DNA of 64,000 nucleotides from Eledone cirrhosa (Eukaryota). The DNA lies in contig OZ024740.1 of assembly GCA_964016885.1 (NCBI GenBank), forward strand, positions 324,508,001 through 324,572,000. The letters are read 5' to 3'. A program made the translations under genes and the position numbers. Below the pieces are notes generated by a model, which was not told where the DNA came from, made no database searches, and worked only from the letters and a program-made list of their open reading frames with translations. Below, one piece after another: positions 57,816 through 64,000 of this stretch (within the stretch, counting starts at the first letter, position 1; each line of letters begins with the position of its first letter).

Positions 57816-57994
57816 AAAGTAGTTAAGACATAATTTCTTTATTGCATGATATATATTTTTCTTACATGGCTATCCATGTGACTTCATCAGATGTTCATTC
57901 AATCATAGGTGTAGTTATGCAATCATGTGGATATGTCATTGTTCATGTATTACTACATCGTTGTGATGCCAGCAGACATATCGGCATATATATA

Positions 57995-58195
57995 TATATC
58001 ATAAAATATGTCTTTAGAATCACTAGATATAATATATACCATTTTCTCTCCCAATTAGTATAATTAACAATCATAGGAGCCTTTATTCTTATAGCTTGGT
58101 CTAATTGATTTTTTATATGGTTAATTATACTAATTGGGAGAGGAAATTATATATATTATATCTAGTGATTCTAAAGACATATTTTATGATATATA
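57995..58195. repeat. ~75-bp-arm fold-back
   Basis: tatcataaaatatgtctttagaatcactag..taattaac / gttaatta..ctagtgattctaaagacatattttatgata. Confidence 0.85.
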
Positions 58196-58297
58196 GCTCT
58201 GATTATTTTATTTTATTTATTAATTTCTCATTGAGCCACAACGTGGCCGGTTGCAAAACACATATATATCTATGACTTTATATATATATGTAAATCT

Positions 58298-58330
<33 letters not shown>

Positions 58331-58453
58331 AGCCATAAACACGTCTTACTTAACGTTTGGTGTCAAAACTGAACATTACATATTCTGCCTGTAAAACTAC
58401 GGGTTACGACTAGTATATATGCATACCACACACACACAGAGGCACACACAGAA

Positions 58454-58485
<32 letters not shown>

Positions 58486-59282
58486 GCTCACACAGACACA
58501 CACAGAAACACACACAAACACTGACCCCCCCCCCCCATATATATATATATATATATACATATATACATCTGTTGAAACTTTACCGAAATGTTTCTTCGAT
58601 CAATTTCGAATTTTATTTAGTGAAGCCTCAGATGATTCATTTTGCAACAATATCTAACGGATCTGTGCATTTTTGAGAGGAAAAATTATTTCGAAATGAA
58701 AAACTAATATGAAATAGAAAAATAAAAATAAGAAATAAGATAAAATTGTTTAGAATAAAAAGACGTTGGAATTCTTCACAGCCAGGAAAGGAATCAAGTT
58801 GCAATTCCATAGCATAAAGAAATGATTAAAAAATAACAACGAATATTTTTGAATTCTTGAATTCTAGAATTCTTAAATTTCACAAATTTCTGCGAAAGAA
58901 TTTCGTCTCTGCAGAAAAATGTTTTAGTGGTATATATTTATAAACAAACAAACTACAAAAATCCCCCCTCCTCTCCGCCACCCACCAAACCCCGTATTTT
59001 CCTAATATAAGTATTTGACACATTAGTGTTGCGGTTGCATGTGAAGTAAGGCCTATACTGTTAAGTGGCTTCTTTAAATTTACAATATAATCCCCACGCG
59101 TGAAGCCAGCTAAGTGCAAATGTAGGGCAGTCGTTTGTAGTTTGTAGTTCATAACCGGTTTTCTTAAGAACTGAAGACGGGAAGAAAACAAACATGGATT
59201 AAGTGGTATGCCACATAATATAGGGATTGCGTGTTGGACATCCGTCTGTTGTAACTGTTAAGTTAATGTGCTAGCGGATGAG

Positions 59283-59485
59283 CATCATCATCTTCATCAT
59301 CATCTGGCGGCCTCAGACGAAATGGACTCAACAATTGATCTCCACGTGGGTCTGTCGTTCATTGCCGGTGCCATGTCCTGGATTTCAATACCAGAATCTC
59401 TGGAGATGACATCGGGGTAGGAGAGCTTGCGCCCCCTGTTATTGGTTACTGTTTGTGGTCGCCAAAGCACAAATGGGGACACAAC
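59283..59485 (-). pseudogene. 3' end of an RTE-clade LINE
   Basis: VLWRP..RGRKLSYPDVISRDSG..AMNDRPTWRSIV followed by a (GAT)n tail. Confidence 0.8.
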
Positions 59486-59737
59486 GTCGTAGGTGGAACG
59501 GTGGCAGTGCATATACCATGAACGTAATTTCTCAGGGGCTTTTAATGTGACACAGTTTGTGACAAAACTGGCCTTTTGAATTGTTTAGCCGAGTAGATTG
59601 AAGCAACGTGAAACAAAGAACCTTCCTCAAGAGCACAACGCGTCACAGGTAATGGAACCCACACCGTTAGGAACGAGTACCGAACAGCTTAACCACTAAG
59701 CTACACATATTTTTATTTCGTGACCGATTATATAATG

Positions 59738-59952
59738 ATTTCTAGTATAGGTACAAGAGGCCAGTAACTGGGGGAAGGAGAAAGTAGATTACATCGACCC
59801 CAGTACGTTACTGGTGCTTTACTTTATCAACCCCGTAAGGATGAAAGACAAAGTTAATATCGGCTGGATTTGAACTCAGGCCGTAAAGGGCGGTAACTCT
59901 ATGCTGCAAAGCATTGTGTCCGACTCTCTAACGATACTACCAATCCACTGCC
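59738..59952 (-). mobile_element. CORE-type SINE with decayed TSD
   Basis: gtgaccgattatataatga / gtgaccgactgcataatga flanks. Confidence 0.85.
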
Positions 59953-60047
59953 CTTGTGACCGACTGCATAATGAAATGCATTTTATTTCAATAAATTAAA
60001 GTAAAATTTTGAATGATCTACTAAACTTGTTTATTATTTCATCAAGA

Positions 60048-60262
60048 TGGATTGGCAGAATGGATAGACGGTCGGATAATATGCTTCATGGCATAGAGTT
60101 GCATCCCTTTACGTTCTGAGTTTAAATCACTCCGAGGTTAGCTTTGCCTTTCATTCTTACGAGGTCGATAAATTAAAGTAGCAGTATTGCATTAGGTCGA
60201 TTTAATCGACTTTCCCGTCCCACAAAAGTGTTGGCCATTTGCCCTAAATCAGAAAACATTAT
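60048..60262 (+). mobile_element. CORE-type SINE
   Basis: A/B box, core and tail present. Confidence 0.8.
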
Positions 60263-60639
60263 TTTATGATGACAGTAACATTTATGGTTCATATATAAAA
60301 TTATGTTGGAAGATATTAATGTAAATAGGAACATTTTGAAATGGGTCGTTATACTTTATAGGACTAGGGGCAGTCAAAATAGTTAATAAATATGTTTGCT
60401 TCTGATATGAAATTATGTTGGAAAATGTAATTAGGAAGCCTTTAACATGGTGGTTTCTGTTCCACAGAACCAGGCCAAGTTTTGGTTGGGTTGGTATCAA
60501 AAGGACTAATCCCTCATGTCTGCGTCATCTCTACCACTCATCGTTCTAAGTATTGTGATATATAATACAATATATCACAATACTTATTATTACTATTCCC
60601 ATTCCCATTACCCACGTATATATATATATATATCAGGCT

Positions 60640-61022
60640 CGATTCAGGTTGAAACTGGTTAGGACATTATTCAACAGCGTACTTGCGTCTGGAACTAGCT
60701 GTTGAAACGGCAAGAGCTCAGCCGTCGGGTCTCGACTTATCAATATATATATATATATAATCTTCATGAGTTTGATGGGTTTCGGTCATTATTGGCCCAG
60801 GCCATGTCTAACGTAATAACCCCATCTGGCGAATATTTTCAAGTCATGATTTGTACAGCATGTCCCACTGCAATTGTGTGTTATTTTTTACGGAAACATA
60901 TCCGGATGTAGGAAGTTTATCTGGGATATCTTGAAGGAATTTGTCCATATATACATGATGGACTCTTCAGGCGATATCCGACGTATGAGAGTCCATCATA
61001 TATCGGATGTCGACTGGAGAGT

Positions 61023-61095
<73 letters not shown>

Positions 61096-61527
61096 TCACA
61101 CGCACAGATACATAACAACATTTCGGGACAATTATTTCATCTCAACTGGTCGCGCGCTCTATGACATTAGACCAAACTATGTAAAAACAGAAACAGATCC
61201 CATAAAATGCAAAGCGTCTTTGCACAAATTCCTTCAAGATATCCCAGATAAACTTCCTACATCCGGATATGTTTCCGTAAAAAATAACACACAATTGCAG
61301 TGGGACATGCTGTACAAATCATGACTTGAAAATATTCGCCAGGTGGGGTTATTACGTAAGACATGGCCTGGGCCAATAATGACCGAAACCCATCAAACTC
61401 ATGAAGATTATATATATATATATTGATAAGTCGAGACCCGACGGCTGAGCTCTTGCCGTTTCAACAGCTAGTTCCAGACGCAAGTACGCTGTTGAGTAAT
61501 GACCTAACCAGTTTCAACCTGAATCGT
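60640..61527. repeat. ~300-bp inverted duplication (60640-60943 / 61225-61527) spanning a hammerhead fragment, (TA)n and a LINE tail
   Basis: Arms nearly identical reverse complements. Confidence 0.9.
61095..61408 (+). pseudogene. 3' end of a CR1/L2-group LINE
   Basis: TGRALYDIRPNYVK..KASLHKFLQDIPDKLPTSGY..NNTQLQW resembles the G..L.N.LP..FK..LD.FL..IPD.P..GY C-terminus. Confidence 0.65.
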
Positions 61528-61615
61528 TTTGTTTTAAGTGGTCAAGGCTTGTGTAGAACCAACCTCACTTTTTGGATGTGACGACACGTATCTTCGGTGA
61601 AATATATGTATATAT

Positions 61616-61682
<67 letters not shown>

Positions 61683-61685
61683 AAT

Positions 61686-62312
61686 ATAAAATACCGAGCT
61701 GTGTGGTTGCAATTAAATATAATGAAAATAAAAGTTACGGGCGAAAGAGGGTAATATCTATCGTCAGTTGTCTGCTAGGAATCATAGGTATTTCTTCGCG
61801 TTAGAGACAAGATACCTCAGCCTAGGGCGAACAATAACTAAAATAAGTTATTGGGATAAAAAAAGAGGGGGGGGTGTAAACAGACACGAAGGCTGAAGCA
61901 ACGTAAAGAGAGGAAAAATAAGGAAAAATATCAAGTCAACAACTCATTTCGAACGTAAGATCTGGCGAGTTTGATGAGAGAAAAAAGACACGTCTTCACT
62001 GTAGCCGTGTTAGCGAGAGAAGAGACTGCTTACAGTGACGGATGAGTGAGGAAGTGAGCTAGCGGAGAGAGGATGATTAGCAGAGAGAGAGAGTGGGTGA
62101 AAGTAAGAGGAAAGAGATAGTTTTAGTGGCAGGCTAGCCGAGAGAAGGTGACATATTTTAGTTATTGTACGGGCTAGGTTGAGGTATCTTGTCTATAACG
62201 CGAAGAAATATCTATGATTCCTAGCAGACAACTGATGATGGATAATACCCTCTTTCGCCCGTAACTTTTATTTTCATTATATTTAATTGCAACCACACAG
62301 CTCGCCGTTTTA
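61686..62312. repeat. Fold-back element with ~135-bp arms
   Basis: 61695-61825 is the reverse complement of 62174-62304. Confidence 0.85.
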
Positions 62313-62316
62313 TTCA

Positions 62317-62367
62317 AGCTTCTAAAGGACTAGATCTGTTTCATTCGTGAAAAATCATCAGGAAGCT
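62317..62367 (-). ncRNA. Family C hammerhead motif
   Basis: agcttc CTGATGA tttttcacgaat GAAA cag atctagtc ctt TA gaagct. Confidence 0.7.
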
Positions 62368-62626
62368 GACTGTCCAAGTAATGTGGTGCTATTTATGTCT
62401 TTTCTGGTGGTAGGGGAGGGTGGTGATTGGGATGGGTGGAGGTCATTGATTGATGGGTTTGAAGAAAAGGGAATTCTGTAAAAGCTAATCTTTTAAAAGC
62501 TATATTTAGAATAATAAAGGCAGAAAGAATTCTATGAACAAGTTCAAACTGGGGATGCCACTTCTTATTTTTAAGGTTCTCTTAAGCTGACAATGCCTAT
62601 AATTTAGGTGTCTACAAGCACATTGT

Positions 62627-62688
<62 letters not shown>

Positions 62689-62720
62689 CACATATACATA
62701 CATATACACACATATATACA

Positions 62721-62773
<53 letters not shown>

Positions 62774-62879
62774 GCATACATATACACATACATACACACA
62801 CATATTATACTCGTATATATATCACACTTCTTTACTCACATATACACACACATTTTTTCTTAGCTTCGTACGGACCTAT

Positions 62880-62920
<41 letters not shown>

Positions 62921-63084
62921 TGCTTACGCACGTGCTCAAGTATAGTTCTTTTTACAAAACGTTTTTTTTTTTATTTCAGTTCCCTGAGTTGCCTTCTCCT
63001 AGAAGAATGCCCTGACAAAGCCTAGTGGTCCTTCACTCCCAGTGGTTTAACCGCGCGGTACATGAGTATATACATATTTACACA

Positions 63085-63280
63085 CTTTCGGATGGCAGTT
63101 GACTCTTATGAGTTCTTCCGCCCTTTGTCAGGTTTTGTTATTTGTCTGCAGGGTGTCCAAAATCACCCTCCTCATCAAGTAAACTTGGTGGGGTTGCTTC
63201 TTTTGTAGCCAACGACCCGACCATGCGACAGGTTGTACTGGGTTACATGTTAGCAGTAGCACTCAAGATTGACCCGACAT
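63085..63280 (-). mobile_element. Diverged 5' head of the RTE-like element
   Basis: Reverse complement homologous to 10644-10835. Confidence 0.75.
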
Positions 63281-63292
63281 ATATATATATAT

Positions 63293-63728
63293 AAGTAGAA
63301 GGGGTGTTAATTTGTTGGAAGTCCGACAAATATAAATGTTTATAACTGATTTAGAGCACTCAGCAAGTTACTGGAGCAAATATTCAATGATATTAAATAA
63401 ATGGAATGTATATTTCTAAAACCATATTTATTATATATATTTCAAGGGTACCAAGACACATTAGTACGCTTTCATCAGATAAAATACAAAGTTTGTTTTT
63501 TAAATAGAGACATACGCATGAAAATCATACCTTACCGGTTGGAAATTCACTGGAAATTCACTATCCAGTTCATTTCCAACCGATAAGGTATGATTTTCAT
63601 GCATATGTCTCTATTTATAAAACAAACTTTGTATTTTATCTGATTAAAGCGTATCAATGTGTCTTGGTACCCTTGAAATATATATAATAAATATGGTTTT
63701 ATAAATATATTTTCCATTTATTTAATAT

Positions 63729-63734
<6 letters not shown>
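63293..63734. mobile_element. Family A fold-back element (hammerheads 63425-63486 - intact, 63632-63693 + mutated)
   Basis: Arms 63385-63546/63573-63734; homologous to 18505-19025. Confidence 0.85.
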
Positions 63735-63823
<89 letters not shown>

Positions 63824-64000
63824 CATACATATACACACACATACATATGCATACACATACACACATATGTATACACACATACATATACATATAATTATAT
63901 ATATACTCTCACACACATGTACATATACACACACGTACACACACACATACATACATACACACATACACACATACAGACACACACACAGACACACACACTC

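Noticed and set aside
57845-57893. Minus-strand cat CTGATGA..acatgg atag ccatgt..GAAA..TC atg
   Set aside because: Possibly a decayed hammerhead, but stem II and III junctions are too irregular to count
62225-62270. CTGATGA in the fold-back arm as a hammerhead
   Set aside because: No downstream GAAA/UH or stem I on the same strand

Overview
AT-rich, microsatellite-saturated animal genomic DNA, most likely an octopus or other cephalopod (inferred from the dominant tRNA/CORE-type SINE resembling octopus OR SINEs; not verified). No host protein-coding gene can be supported, and almost all ORF-track entries are translations of (TA)n, (CA)n, (TATG)n and (GGT)n tracts. Recognisable coding relics are all transposon-derived: a near full-length Tx1/L1-clade LINE inserted in (ATCT)n (42.2-48.0 kb), a 5'-truncated Penelope-like element (PLE) with a C-terminal GIY-YIG endonuclease (19.1-21.2 kb), and fragments of mariner, R4/Dong, RTE and CR1-like elements. 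The strongest hidden signal is non-coding. Most short 'unique' islands between (TA)n tracts are fold-back or tandem-plus-inverted elements carrying type I hammerhead ribozyme motifs. I counted about 29 motifs by eye in at least 8 sequence families. They include a retrozyme-like array of apparently identical 310-bp monomers, a family with a compensatory U3-A8 core, C4-variant cores, and a tRNA-headed fold-back element. Coordinates were read by eye and may be off by a few bases.
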